DNA from: Octopus vulgaris
Lineage: Eukaryota
Reading direction: 5' to 3'
Assembly (NCBI GenBank): GCA_951406725.2
Contig: OX597818.1
Location: 121,458,001 to 121,522,000 of the forward strand
Length of the DNA: 64,000 bases
The notes under the pieces are model-generated. The model was not told where the DNA came from, ran no database searches, and was given only the letters and a program-made list of their open reading frames with translations. Of the stretch, positions 1 to 12,676 are shown piece by piece (position 1 is the first letter of the stretch; each line of letters opens with the position of its first letter). Made by a program: the position numbers and the translations under genes.

Positions 1-599
1 ATAATGCATAATAAACAGTTTTTGGAAAGTTGCTGAGTAAGTAATCAATACATTTGTACCTTTCCTAACCTCCAGCATCATTTCCACTTTGTGTGAAGTA
101 TTAGTTGTCTGTCAATAATCGATCAGGAAATAGAAGAAAAAAATGTCTGTAACAGTTTTATCATATGTTGACGAACTATTCTTCGTTTTCTTGTTTCTTG
201 CCTTGTGTTTTGTTATTTAAAAATCTTAATGATTTATTTATTTTTATGTATTTTTTAAAACCCAGATAAGTCAGCCAATATTAATAATAACAGAAAAAAA
301 ACAGTCGTTCGATATTAAGTATGTTTTTATTTATTTATGTATTTATACTTTTGTAAGTACTGTTTAGAAAATGGTAAACTGCCATAAAAATAGAATTTAC
401 GATACAGTTTCTATTCTGAGCTAGGATATTTCACTTTAGCCGAGAAAGTTTAATTGTCACAAATTGATGGTGTTTTTCCGATAATCTAACGATTCCGCCT
501 GCACGCCATCATCAATATTATTATTATCAATAATATTAATATACTTAGTTTTGTTAGTTTTTGTATGTACCTATGGTGTGTGTCACACTTCAAAGGAAG

Positions 600-676
600 A
601 GTGACAAAGCCAGAGAGAGGCGGACAGAGAGGAAGTAAGAGAGAAAGAGAGAGAATGAAAGAGAAAAAGAGAAAGT

Positions 677-711
<35 letters not shown>

Positions 712-945
712 TGAAAGAGACAGTGAGTGGTGACGGCGTTCGCTTTGTGTTTTAAAATATTTATCACATCGCAAGAAAAGTAGATACATAGATCGGAAGA
801 AAAGTTGATACATAGATGCAGACGCATATTGTTAAATCGAAAGGAGGAGAGAGGAGGGACACAGAGGAAGTAAAAGAGAAAGAGAGAAAGTGAGAGACAG
901 TAGATACATAGATCAATAGAAAAGTTGATACATATATACATAGAC
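600..945. repeat. (GA)n-rich low-complexity tract with local tandem duplications
   Basis: (GA)n at about 680-710; 'tagatacatagatc..gaaaagttgatacata' occurs at 781 and 901; explains the ORFs at 486-985. Confidence 0.8.
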
Positions 946-994
946 ACAACACATATTGGATGTCATTTTCACTTTTCATTCCCACACGAGGATA

Positions 995-1146
995 AAATTA
1001 ACTCACAAGTGGCTGATAACTCTACAGACATGCATACCATTAACGTAGATCTCAGGGAGATTCAGCCTCACACAGAATATAACAAGGTTGGCCCCTTTCA
1101 ATTACAGCTACCACTCATTTTCGCCAGCTGAGTATACTGGAGCAAG
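995..1146 (-). mobile_element. tRNA-derived SINE family B, 3' portion
   Basis: Reverse complement matches the body of the copy at 43645-43972 (ttgctccagt..ctcagctggc..gaatctccctgaga..tacgtt). Confidence 0.8.
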
Positions 1147-1567
1147 ATAAACATTCAAATAGTTGGAAGAAAGTGAAAAAAGATCCTATATAGGGGCAGA
1201 AAAATCTTTTTAGTCATTAGGGTCGCTATGGGTGCTAATCCGATCCTAATCCGTGGGTCTTACAGACCTGGAGGCCAAGCTCCTGGATAAACACCAAGTG
1301 TTTCACCGAGTGAATTCGAAGCGTGAATTCACCGTGTATTCGAAGCGCGAATACACGGCAGAATAGCAATTATTTCGTCTTAGCTTTCACTACTTATACT
1401 AAACACATATTTTTACCTTACGATATGGAACATTTCCTTTCCTTTCACTCTTTTTTTTTAATGGTATTCTATCGCTTACGACGACGAGATTGCCGTTTAT
1501 CTGATCAACGGAACAGTCTGCTCATAAAATTAACGCGCAAGCGGCTGAGTACTCCACGTACATGCAT

Positions 1568-1720
1568 ACCTATTTCTTTACTACCCACAAGGGGCTAAAC
1601 ACAGAGAGGACAAACAAGGACAGACAAACGGATTAAGTCGATTACATCGACACCAGTGCGTAACTGGTATTTAATTTATCGACCCCGAAAGGACGAAAGG
1701 TAAAGTCGACCTCGACGGAA
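1568..1720 (-). mobile_element. SINE family A (core gcctttcatcctttcggggtcgataaa), 5'-truncated
   Basis: Matches many other copies in the window; tail tgtgtttagccccttgtgggtagtaaagaaata. Confidence 0.9.
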
Positions 1721-2181
1721 AAAAAGAAAAGCAAACGAGGAAGAGAACAAGAAAGAAAAAAAGAAAAATGGAGAATCAAATAAAAAATCAAGTGAAATGC
1801 GAACTCAGGAATCGTTGCCTTCAACCTGTAAGGAAGAATGAAAACGAAAGAGACAGCGAATTTGAGACAGAGGAATATGTGTCGCACGAAGAGAGTGGTG
1901 AAAGATATCAGAGAAAGGTACTTACAGGGAGAAATTTACGAAACCTCGTAGATTACGAAAAAAGTGCTGAAATCGAAAAGAGGGGAACAAAGATGAAAAA
2001 TGTTATCAGAGTGAAATTGGCAAACTCAGAAGGTAAGAAGGGCGTGCTATTGCAGAGAGAAAGAGGAGAGAGATTAGTAGAACTGTTTGGGAAAAAAAAA
2101 GAGCTGTAATATCACCCACTTCAGTTTAGATACGACGCGATGCTGCCTGTTGTAATTTTCGACGACCTTATGCAATATATG

Positions 2182-2609
2182 GGATCTTTTCGTTTTGAAC
2201 GGCAGTTTTTAACATAATTTCTAGGTAACTAAAGAATTCTAAACCTCGTATACTGGTAGAATGTGTTTATAAAACATCTTTTTCTCTTGGCTTTATTGAG
2301 AAAATTCTATAGTTTGTAAGATATTTGTTGTTTTTTTCTTCAATTTCTGCAATTTCAACCAATCAATGACGTCTATTGAGGTGAAAACATTGTGTCGTAT
2401 GAATATGTCCCTCATTTAAGAAATAGATTGGGTTTATTTACATTTCTGAAGAAAAAAAGATACCCTCCTCCGCTAACCCTAACTAATCCCTACACACCCT
2501 AACCCTAAAACAGATTGAAGTGCAATAGATCGATACTAGGGTCATAATTATGGGTGATAATTTCATATGACACCGCTAGAAAAAACTGCCGTTCAAACCG
2601 AAAAGGTCC
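2182..2609. mobile_element. MITE with ~29-bp TIRs starting GGATC and internal (AACCCT)n
   Basis: TIRs ggatcttttcgttttgaacggcagttttt / aaaaactgccgttcaaaccgaaaaggtcc; highly similar copy at 56456-56890. Confidence 0.9.
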
Positions 2610-2800
2610 GTGAACTATAATTTAAAAGAACAGTAAAATGAAACTGTTTGCTTTGGGGGTCGAGTAAGCCATTTCATCTTCATTTTTTATCATACTCATA
2701 GTCCATTCAAGATGTGTTTTATATGTACCCAATGTTTTGTTTTGTCTGTCCTAGTGGTGTCCCCTCTTTATAAAGGCCATGTGCCTAAATAAAAGAAATC

Positions 2801-3190
2801 GGGCTGGCAGAATTGTTAGCATGCCGGACGAAATGCTTAACGGTATTTCATGTCTTTACGATCTGAGTTCAAATTCTGCCGATCTCGACTTTGCCTTTCA
2901 TCTTTTCGGGGTCGATAAATTAAGTACCAGTTACGCACTGGGGTCGATGTAATCGACTTAATCCGTTTGTCTGTCCTTGTTTGTCCCCTCTGTGTTTAGC
3001 TCTTTGTGGGTAGTAAAGAAATAGGTATTTCATGTCCTTACGTTCTGAGTTCAAATTCTGCCGAGGTCGACTTTGTCTTTCATCCTTTCGGGGTCGATAA
3101 ATTAAGTACCAGTTGCGTACTGGGGTCGATGTAATCGACTGGCCCTCCTCCCCCAAAAATTTCGGGCCTTGTGCCTAGAGTACAAAAAGA
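2801..3190 (+). mobile_element. SINE family A, dimeric (head-core-tail1-core-tail2)
   Basis: A-box-like tggcagaattgttag and B-box gagttcaaattc; the core occurs twice. Confidence 0.9.
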
Positions 3191-3850
3191 TATCTTAGTA
3201 GGTCGTTCAGAATATATTTGCTTGTATGTTGAAAATATAGAGGAATCCAAATTTAGCCTCATGTTAGCATGATAAAGATTATCCTATCAGAGTATTAGTT
3301 ATAATATGCTGTAAATTATTTTTCTGTAAATTTTTAGGTAATATTCTTCGCGTCAAACTTAAAGTGAATGTTATAAACACACTATTTTGACAACACTAAA
3401 AATCTATACATCATTTACTTGTCACTTGTGCCCTGCCGTCAATATAAAGGTCCAGGAGACAGCTGAAGACGAAATCTACTAAAATGTGACACATAAAACT
3501 GAAGAGTCGTAAAAAAAAAGCAGTAATCTAGGTTTTCTTACAGGCGAAATATTTGCATGATTCAGAACTTCTAAACTACTTATATGTTTAGATAACATGC
3601 GTGGATCAAGATATGAGGATGATAAGAATTTGGTGAAAAGTTGTTGCAAGAAAGTGCGATAAGAACAAGAAATACAATTTTTGGTTGATCTATAGATATA
3701 TGCGCATGTCCTGGAAGGAACTTCTCTTTATGTAAGATAAGGGAAATTTAATAATTTTCAAGGAACTTTCAATTATAGAGAATGTGTATTTGTAGAATAT
3801 GAAGGAAAAAGGTGTGAGGAAAGAAAAGTGTGTTAATAAAGCCATCCGTT

Positions 3851-3897
<47 letters not shown>

Positions 3898-4092
3898 CTT
3901 ATAAACAAGAGCAAAAGAAAAAAATTCTAATGCCCAATATGCCGAAAATAGACACATCGGCATATTTGTCATTAGAATTTTTTTTTCTTTTGCCCTTGTT
4001 TATAAGTTGTTTATAAATTTAACCTTTAAATGTATTTTTTAATATGCTGGCCATTGATAGAATTTTTTTCGAAAAATATTGTCCTATATTAG

Positions 4093-4177
<85 letters not shown>

Positions 4178-4179
4178 AT

Positions 4180-4410
4180 AGGAGCGTTGATTAGTGGTTA
4201 AAGTATTTGGTTCATGATGAAAAGGTAGCGTTTTCAATTCCCGGAGGCGCGTTCGGTCTTTGAGCAAGGCACTTTATTTCAAGTTGCTCCAGTCGTCTCA
4301 ACTGGCAAAAATGAGTTGCATCTGTAATTTAAAAGGCCAGCTTTCTCATATCCTTTGTCACACTGAATCTCATTGAGAACTACATGAAGGGTACGCATGT
4401 CTCGCACGTT
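4180..4410 (+). mobile_element. SINE family B
   Basis: tRNA-like head (ttagtggttaaag..ttcaattccc), then ttgagcaaggcactttatttc..ttgctccagtc; matches 43645-43972. Confidence 0.8.
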
Positions 4411-4437
4411 AATTTCGAGGGCACACTGTTTCGTTGA

Positions 4438-4528
4438 AACTTGCCCAAAGTGCCACGCGGTGGAACTGAACGCGAAACCACGCGGCTGGGAAGCGAGGTT
4501 CTTAACCATGCAATCATGCTTACGCCTA
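4438..4528 (-). mobile_element. SINE family D head fragment
   Basis: Reverse complement resembles 39992-40080. Confidence 0.65.
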
Positions 4529-4833
4529 TATAATATCTATAATAAAAATCAGAAAAGCATAAATTTCACAAATAGATTATACTTTATGTTCAACAGCTGT
4601 TTCATTGCCATTAAACGTAATTAATTTCATGATTATGAATTTAGGTACATTAATGGTACAATCTAAATTAAATTATTTCAAAGTAATTGTTTATCTTAAT
4701 TACTTAATAATGGAATTAATGTTTTTCTCTTTTTTTTTACAAATGCAACAGCGCCTGAAAGTAATTAAATAATGAACTATAAGTGGAATTTATAATTTTC
4801 TGCTTTTTATCCTTAATATACGTTGCTTTAAAG

Positions 4834-5044
4834 CAGTAGTTGCCAATATTTTCACAGTGGTTCCCAACAACGGTAGTTTCCAACTCTTTTATTCAAATGA
4901 GTTCTCCCACGAACCCCTTTAAATATGCTTATCCTTATATATATATATATATATACACATGAAATTTTGAATTTAGTTCACGAACCACCAGTAGTACCTT
5001 TGCGGAGCATCAAGGGTCCGCGGACACCAGGTTGGGAATGACTA
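4834..5044. mobile_element. hAT Charlie/MER5-like MITE
   Basis: cagtagttgccaa/cagtggttcccaac ... gttgggaatgacta; flanks ctttaaag / ctctaaaa (8-bp TSD-like, 6/8). Confidence 0.6.
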
Positions 5045-5110
5045 CTCTAAAAGATAGTTTTAATTACTGTGGATTATTGTCTTCTGCTTATGCATCAGTC
5101 CTCTCTTTCA

Positions 5111-5183
<73 letters not shown>

Positions 5184-5385
5184 GATAAATCTCAGACCGA
5201 GTTATAAACAGTAGCGGCAACACATCGTGACGTATATTTGCCATTTGAATATGGTTAACCCCTAAGGGTGGATGCTACTGTAGTTTGTAGCCCCAGGAAG
5301 CTGGAGGTGTCTTCCTGGGGGCTACAAACTACAGTAGCATCCACCCTAATGGGTTAGCCATATTCAAATGGCAAATATACGTCAC

Positions 5386-5422
<37 letters not shown>

Positions 5423-5700
5423 ATAAATTAGAAAAAAAAACACCTTTTATCAATTCAAAATGAACAATTAAATTATATATAATAGAAATATTGAAATTAA
5501 AATAACAATAATATATTATTTTAATTTTAATATTTTTACAATATGTAATTTTTTAGATGGTGTAATTTAATTGTTCATTTTGAATTGATACAAGGTGGTT
5601 TTTCTAATTTTTTTATATATATTTTATTGTTTGAAATTTGATTTAGTATTTCTAAATTGAATTTTTTCCCTGTAAGTTAGGATTAATATTCCCTCAAATA

Positions 5701-5765
<65 letters not shown>

Positions 5766-6009
5766 GACCGATACATACATATATAGATATATTTCAATAT
5801 TATGTATGTAAACATCGGTGCCTTGTTGTACCACTACTCTGTATTTACATAGCTATTTGTCTTTATGTATATAGTATAAATTAGTATACATATTGCTATA
5901 CAAAACAAGGTAGCACAACTAAGGATTTATAATATGGAATGGTGAGGAAGTCTAACCTCCGACCCTGCCACAAGAATACGCCATGTTCTTTACTAATCTA
6001 AACAATATT

Positions 6010-6223
6010 TATTTATTTATTGCCCACAGGGGGCTAAACACAGAGGGAACAAACAAAGACAGACAAAGGGCTTAAGTCGGTTATATCGACTCCAGTGCGT
6101 AACTGGTACTTAATTTATCGACCCCGAAAGAATAAAAGGCAAAGTCGACCATTTGAACTCAGAACGTAACGGAAGCCGAAATACCGCTCAGCATTTCGCC
6201 CGACGTGCTAGCGATTCTGCCAG
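6010..6223 (-). mobile_element. SINE family A with 17-bp TSD
   Basis: TSD ctaatctaaacaatatt at 5993-6009 and 6224-6240. Confidence 0.92.
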
Positions 6224-7059
6224 CTAATCTAAACAATATTGTTGACTTGGTGAACTAACAGATAGCTTATAAAGTATTTTTCCCGGATTGATAATCCAGC
6301 ACTAATAACCCTATAACGACATGTTTGTGAGTGTGTGTGTGCTTGCAAAAATAGTCTTCAACACATGCACATATATACATATGTATGTGTGTATGTGTGT
6401 GTGTGTGTGTGAAGTCGCTCTTGAGTTTTACTGGTAACATACAACCCAGTACAACTTGTATAAATGGATGACCGCTACGTTTTGGTGGATTTAAATCCCA
6501 TTGAAATCAACTCGACTTTTCGTTCTTTCGGGATCGATAAACTAAAATGTCAGTGAATAATATCGAATAAACTTCTCCCCTGAAAACTGCTGGCTTTTTG
6601 CCTAAATCAGAAACCACTATTGTTATTGCAACTGTTATTTTTGTTATTGTTGTTGTTGCTGTTATTCTTGCTATTGCAAAACCTGTTTTTATGAATTCCG
6701 AAGACCTAGATTATTACTCCGTTTGCACTGAAAAAGAAAACTTGTTTCTTTTTAGGAGTATTTCACAAGGGAACCATAACTGGGAAACCAAAAGAGTGCA
6801 TTCCCAATTTAAGATATGATTTTTTTTAGAGCATTGTATTTTTATTTTTTTGTCTTATTCTGCTTACACAAGGCGGGCATCTTCAACAATAACAACAAAC
6901 GAGAACACCACCTGCAGTACATGTTTCACAAACAGAAAAAAAAATGAAAAATAGTTATTAAATGCAGAAACCACTTAGCTGCAAAAAATGAAGAAAAAAA
7001 CGATATTTCTGTGAACAAAATAGGAATGATTCAGTTAGTGACAAAAACAAAAGGACCAA

Positions 7060-7133
<74 letters not shown>

Positions 7134-7764
7134 GTAGTCATACTGGGCGAATATGTAAATACTTCTGAAGGTGAAAGTTTTGGATGTATTAACCGAAAAA
7201 CTGAACGTGAACAAAAATCACTCAAAAGCAAATAGTCTGCCAGAATTATGTGAAGCGAAACTGCCTTCCCTTTCCTGATCTGTATACCCAAGAATTAGAA
7301 AAGAGAAGACCACATATACGTGAATACTAAAAAAATGGCAGACGTCCGCTCCCCAGAGTATAGTCAATCACAGTAGCATCTCCACCTGCTATCACGTAGG
7401 TGATTGGAAAACTCGCCTTAACCTGTGTCCCAGAGGGAAACAGCGACGAGGCCGCTATCTTCCGGCAGCACTAAGCCAGTTTCTGGTGGTAAGAGTATAT
7501 GAAGAGGGAAATCTCTCCCCGATAACATCAAAGAAGGTTGCAAAGAAGGAAAACGAAGGTTAAGGGAAGGCGACTTGAAATATTCATGGCAACGCCTTAC
7601 AATATGTGCTTCGCGTAGACAAAATGAATGGACGATCTAAATAATGTACAATCTGAGACTTAGAAAATACTATATGAGAGAACAATTTCGAAACGACAGT
7701 ATGCGGAGAGATATAATGCCACTATATGGAACATATCAGAGATAGGTTGCTCGTGAGGATAATC

Positions 7765-8144
7765 TTATTACCTCCGCCTTAGTGAAGGTGGAGGTATTGT
7801 TTTCAGTCTTGTTTGCTTGTTTGTCTGTTTGTTTGTCCGTGGACAAGATATCTCAAGAACCGCTGGATGGATTCGGATGAAACTTTCAGGAATGTTTGGG
7901 GTCGTGGCTGGCACGAAATGATTATATTTTGGGATCGATCTGGTACTGGACAAGGATTCTGGATTATATTTCCTGCTTTTTACTTAATTTTTGAGAGCAA
8001 TCGGTTTCACTTTTAGTATTCTTGCTTGTGAGAGCAGCCGAGTTTATTTCAGATATTCTCATTTCAAAAATCATCACTGGCTAATCTTAAAGAGGACATT
8101 GGTGTTGTCTTGGCGGACGTTTGCGCTCTGTTAGTGCTCTTGTT
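7765..8144 (+). mobile_element. Non-autonomous Helentron/Helitron2 (DINE-1/HINE-like)
   Basis: ttattacctccgcc subTIR plus nearby inverted ggtggaggta, (GTTT)n tract, distal cttggcggacgt and 3' stem gcgctct..agtgct; T-rich ends; further copies at 22859 and 37772. Confidence 0.75.
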
Positions 8145-8713
8145 TTCTTCTAGTTTTATGCTTGCTCCAGTCGTTTGATTGAGGCTATCCCGGTGCACCA
8201 CATTAACGAAGCTCTTTCTAAAATGATAGGATTAAAAGTGGAGAAAATGGGAACGTTAGCAAGCTCAATATACGATACCGGAACGGAATTATTTGGAGTG
8301 AAATGTGGGATGTAGAGGATTCGTTGGATAGAGTGCGGGGCGACTGTTGTTATCGTTAAGTCAAACTCATCGTACAGCAAATACAACCATTAGTGATATG
8401 CAAACTACAGTGGAAAAGGCAAGCCATTGTATTTGTTTAGAAAAAAGACTATGAGCAATGGCTAGAAGAATATTGAGCTATATTTGATAACCAGTTTATC
8501 AAGTAAGCGGGGCCTCATTTCAGTGAGGGGACCGGTGTACAATGATGCTGTCGCGAGGTAGGCCCCGAAACGGCGCATATTCTCTCCTGATGACCCCATA
8601 CACTTGGTGGCTTCCAGTATGCAGAGCTTTTGACTGGTAGCACTTGTATGTTCAAGATGTTTGCAAGACATATATATAGGTGTGTGTATATCATATACAT
8701 ATATGTGTGTGTG

Positions 8714-8772
<59 letters not shown>

Positions 8773-9142
8773 CGGTTCGCATTAACATTCTACATGTATA
8801 GATTCACATCTTTAATTATCAACAATCCAACTATTTATTCAAATGGTTAACTTTATTTAACTCGAAATTTAAGTCTTTATTCCTTTCTTTAATCCGATAT
8901 AGCATCAGTCATTTTATTTTTACAAATATTTTGATTTTCATTTGCACAAATGTTTTATTTTACAACCTTTTTTCATTTCACAAAGCTTTTTTCTATGTAC
9001 TTACGAACTTCAAAAAAAAAAAAGATATATCGGTTATTTTTTTTTAAAAATCTATAACATTATTCGATATGATTTCAAGTTCTCTAAGTAGGAGATATTT
9101 TAAACTTTCTCAATTTTAAAACTATCTTAATCGATTTTTTGC

Positions 9143-9226
9143 ACCTCTGATGGGGGAAATGCAACTATTTGTATTGGCCGGAACATTCACCCAATTCAAA
9201 CGCATTTTCCGAAACGATCGTAAGGT
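9143..9226 (+). ncRNA. Type-I hammerhead ribozyme motif (A9->G, long helix II loop)
   Basis: acct-CTGATGG-gggaaatgc...gcattttcc-GAAA-cgatcg-TA-aggt: helix I 4 bp, helix II 9 bp, palindromic helix III ACGATCGT. Confidence 0.65.
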
Positions 9227-9391
9227 TTTGTACCACTGATTTTCTTTGGATTGTAATAATGGAGCGCTTGAAACCTAATATTTCGATGAATTTTTTAAAT
9301 GTATTTTGTATTACCACGATAAAAGAATTTGACCTACGAAAATCTGTCCTCTACTTTGATTTATGTTATATATATATATATATATATACAT

Positions 9392-9578
9392 ATGATAGAT
9401 CGGTAGCCACTACACACATTTTTTTTCTCTCCTTGTTTCTTTCTGTGTTCCTTTCTGTGGAAGAGCGTAGGCTCAAAACGTTTAAGACTTTTTCAATTCC
9501 CGAGCGTTATACTAATACATCTGTTTATTTTCTACACCACTTGTCTTTGTCTTCTTTTTTATTCGTGAATTCTCCCCA
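9392..9578 (+). mobile_element. ~190-bp non-autonomous element with hammerhead-like motif (copy 1)
   Basis: Same ends and body as 32966-33150 (-) and 33787-33992 (+); flanked by (TA)n. Confidence 0.75.
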
Positions 9579-9859
9579 TATATATATATATATATATATA
9601 TATATTCTTTTATTCATATATTCTTGTATTTTCTTATTTGTTTCATTCAGTTGACTGCGGCCGTGCAGGAGCACCATTATGCACTCATATGTACATGCAA
9701 ATAAACATATTCACACATTCCTATATTATACACTTGCACATATACACGCATATGTAGCATCATACTTCTTTGCAACTATTGTCTTTTCGTGTAGAAATTT
9801 AACTATCTATATTACCCTTTATGTCAATACAAATTTTTACGAGCATAACAGTTATTATT

Positions 9860-10720
9860 CACAAAATTGAAGATTTCGACAACTGGAGCCAAAAGTTGTT
9901 TCATTTCAGCCACAATTGTTTTTACAAGCAAAAAACAGTGAGTTGTAATTAATGCCCGATCCTTGTAGTTTTTTTTTTACAAGTACTGTAACGTCTTTCA
10001 TAGAACCTACTATAGAAAGTGCTTCGTTGACACAAAAGCAAATATGATTTTCTGATAATTTCTATTTTTCAAAATAGTTATTTAAAATATGAATAGCATT
10101 TCCACTTTTAGCATCATTGCATTGTTTTTTTCCTTTTTGCAACAAAATTCATTTAATTATTTTATCACAACAAACGGAACAAATGAATGGTACTAGCTAT
10201 ACTTTGCTGCTATTGTTTATTGACTCATCAGCTTGGAAACCAAAATTTTAATTCTGAATTTCATCACGGTATACATTTTCCTCGATGTCAGCAGATAGTT
10301 CTAAAATCACCCCATCAACTGTATCGTATGAGAGAGGAATTTTACTTTGTCATAACAGTTTTGAAGCAGTAATTGACTCCGCTAAACTATGAAATTACAT
10401 TGTTTTTTCTTTTGGGCTGCCATTTCAAATATTTCATACGAAGCAATTTGAGCTTTTTGAGAAAAATGAATTATACTTCTAAAAATGTGTCTGTTTTCTT
10501 TGTTTTTCTGACAGACTGTTCAAATATTTTGAATCGTTCCCTACAAGTTTGAAGAATTTGGTTGTGAAATTTCTATTTAACTTGCAAAGGAGAATTGATT
10601 TGTTATTCAATTTATATTCCCATGCCAAACAGAGAGATGAAGACTGATTTTCATTTCCTGTCGCGGAAAAATAAAAGAAAACTGACATCATATTTGCAGT
10701 TCGGTTGAATTTTAACTTCA
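9860..10720 (-). pseudogene. Decayed hAT transposase, Buster/Charlie (ZBED5/SCAND3-like)
   Basis: Minus-strand frames give TGNENQSSSLCL..KLNRNFTTK, KAQIASYEIFEMAAQK, IPLSYDTVDGVILELSADIEENV, FQADESIN, THCFL; stops and frameshifts present. Confidence 0.85.
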
Positions 10721-11554
10721 ACGAGAAATGTGTCCCATTCTAATTGTAACAACAGTACTAATTCAATAATTAATTATTCTTCCGCTAATATCCCAAATAA
10801 CGTGTGTAACTGTAATGATCCTATTAAGTGCCCTTTGATTAATCAATGTTTTAGAATGTAATATATAAGTTAAGTTACGACACTACATAAAGAACATTAC
10901 AGCATATTTGCTACAGTATTCAAATCAAAATTTATATTAAATGATCATGAACATTCCCTTAAAAATAAAATAAAAGTGCTTAGCTCCTCATTAGCTAAGT
11001 ACGGTGAATATTAGTTATTCAAAATCAAGAATGAATTATTCCTTACTGCAATTATTTATACGTAGTGCGCTTACGTACAAAAAGGGTATGGGTAGTTGCA
11101 ACTTACATTTTGCGAAGGCACTGGAGATCTTTAAATGCAATTCTAAGTTATAATAAATATCAGGAATTTTTGATTCACCATTCTTCAGTATATTTAATAG
11201 ACTAATTTTTGCGATGAAAATCAGTATTTAGGCCATATTATTTTTGTATATTAGTCTGAAGAAATGATTAGTGAAACTTTCATTTAATATTAAATGGATT
11301 TACATAATTTATATGCATAGTTCTTCATGTTTATTGAGGCATTTTCTTACCCTTACATTCTGTGAGCCAGGAATGTTGACTCGGCGTTCCCCTGTGTGCC
11401 CTAAATCCTTATTCACTAAGCTTTATATATATGCGTGTGTGTGTGTGTGTGTGTGTGCGATTGTGCAGGTGAGTTTGTATGCACACAAAGAAACGAAAAG
11501 AAATCACAGAACACACCATGACGTATGCATAATATAATCATATACATACATTGT

Positions 11555-11915
11555 TGTAGTTGGCATCCTTTTGTCTCGGGAGACAATGGAGTTGCACATA
11601 AACTAATCCAGTCTGTTTATTGACATTTCATGTCCTCTACAGTTTTGTGCAGGCCTGGGATAGGTGTAAGAAAATCCTGAGTAGTCCAATCATCAGGATT
11701 CCTCTCTCGACCTTGCTGACGTAATCCAAAGGAGTGCAGAGCATTACGTTTGGTATCAGCTTGGTTGCAGGGGCTGCCGGAAGAGTGTCGAGTCGAACAC
11801 TAAACTGCCTACGGGGCTCCACTCCGGATTTCTTTGAAGGTTGTCTCCTTTCCGTAACCCTGGAGCCTGCTGAGCCCGGGACTCGTGTCAGGCAGAATCC
11901 TCACTCCCTGAAGTA
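11555..11915 (-). mobile_element. Probable RTE/BovB-type LINE 5' UTR fragment
   Basis: GC-richer block with tttggtatcagcttggttgcaggggctgccggaag..actgcctacggggctccactccggattt, which I recall from RTE 5' UTRs; recollection only. Confidence 0.45.
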
Positions 11916-11933
11916 GTGAAGAAAATCACTACC

Positions 11934-12149
11934 CATACATACATACATACATACATACATACATACATACATACATACATACATACATACATACATACAT
12001 ACATACATACATACATACATACACACACACATACATATATATATACATATATATATATATATGTGTGTGTGTGTGCGTGTGTGTGTGTGTATGTATGCAT
12101 ATATGCACAAACACCTGTGAGTATGTTTACATGTGTGTAAATATGTCTG

Positions 12150-12183
<34 letters not shown>

Positions 12184-12240
12184 TATATATATATATCTTA
12201 TATGCATACACACATATATATATATATATGTGTATACATA

Positions 12241-12276
<36 letters not shown>

Positions 12277-12313
12277 CATATATATATACATATACATACA
12301 TACATATATATAT
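11934..12313. repeat. (TACA)n/(CA)n/(TA)n compound microsatellite
   Basis: Direct inspection. Confidence 0.97.
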
Positions 12314-12548
12314 ATATTTCTTTATTGCCCACAAGGGGCTAGACATAGAGGGGACAAACAAGGACAGACAAAGGGATTAAGTCAATTACATCGACCCCAG
12401 TGCGTAACTGGTACTTTATTTATCGACCCCGAAAGGATGAAAGGCAAAGTCGACCTCGGCGGAATTTGAACTCACAACATAACGACAGACGAAATACGGC
12501 TACGCATTTCGCCCGGCGTGCTGACGTTTCTGCCAGCTCGCCGCCTTA
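12314..12548 (-). mobile_element. SINE family A, full-length monomer
   Basis: Complete head (rc ggcggcgagctggcagaaacg), core and tail1, between (TA)n tracts. Confidence 0.92.
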
Positions 12549-12559
12549 TATACATATAT

Positions 12560-12676
<117 letters not shown>

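Noticed and set aside
1768-2109. 113-aa K/E/R-rich ORF
   Set aside because: Purine-rich low-complexity sequence with no recognisable domain
3458-3482. CTGAAGAC-GAAA hammerhead-like string
   Set aside because: No room for helix II and no helix I
7180-7760. Possible old LINE remnant
   Set aside because: Could not recover diagnostic protein motifs by eye
8545-8600. ctgtcgc..ccccgaaacggc hammerhead-like string
   Set aside because: Too many core deviations and no NUH site or helix I
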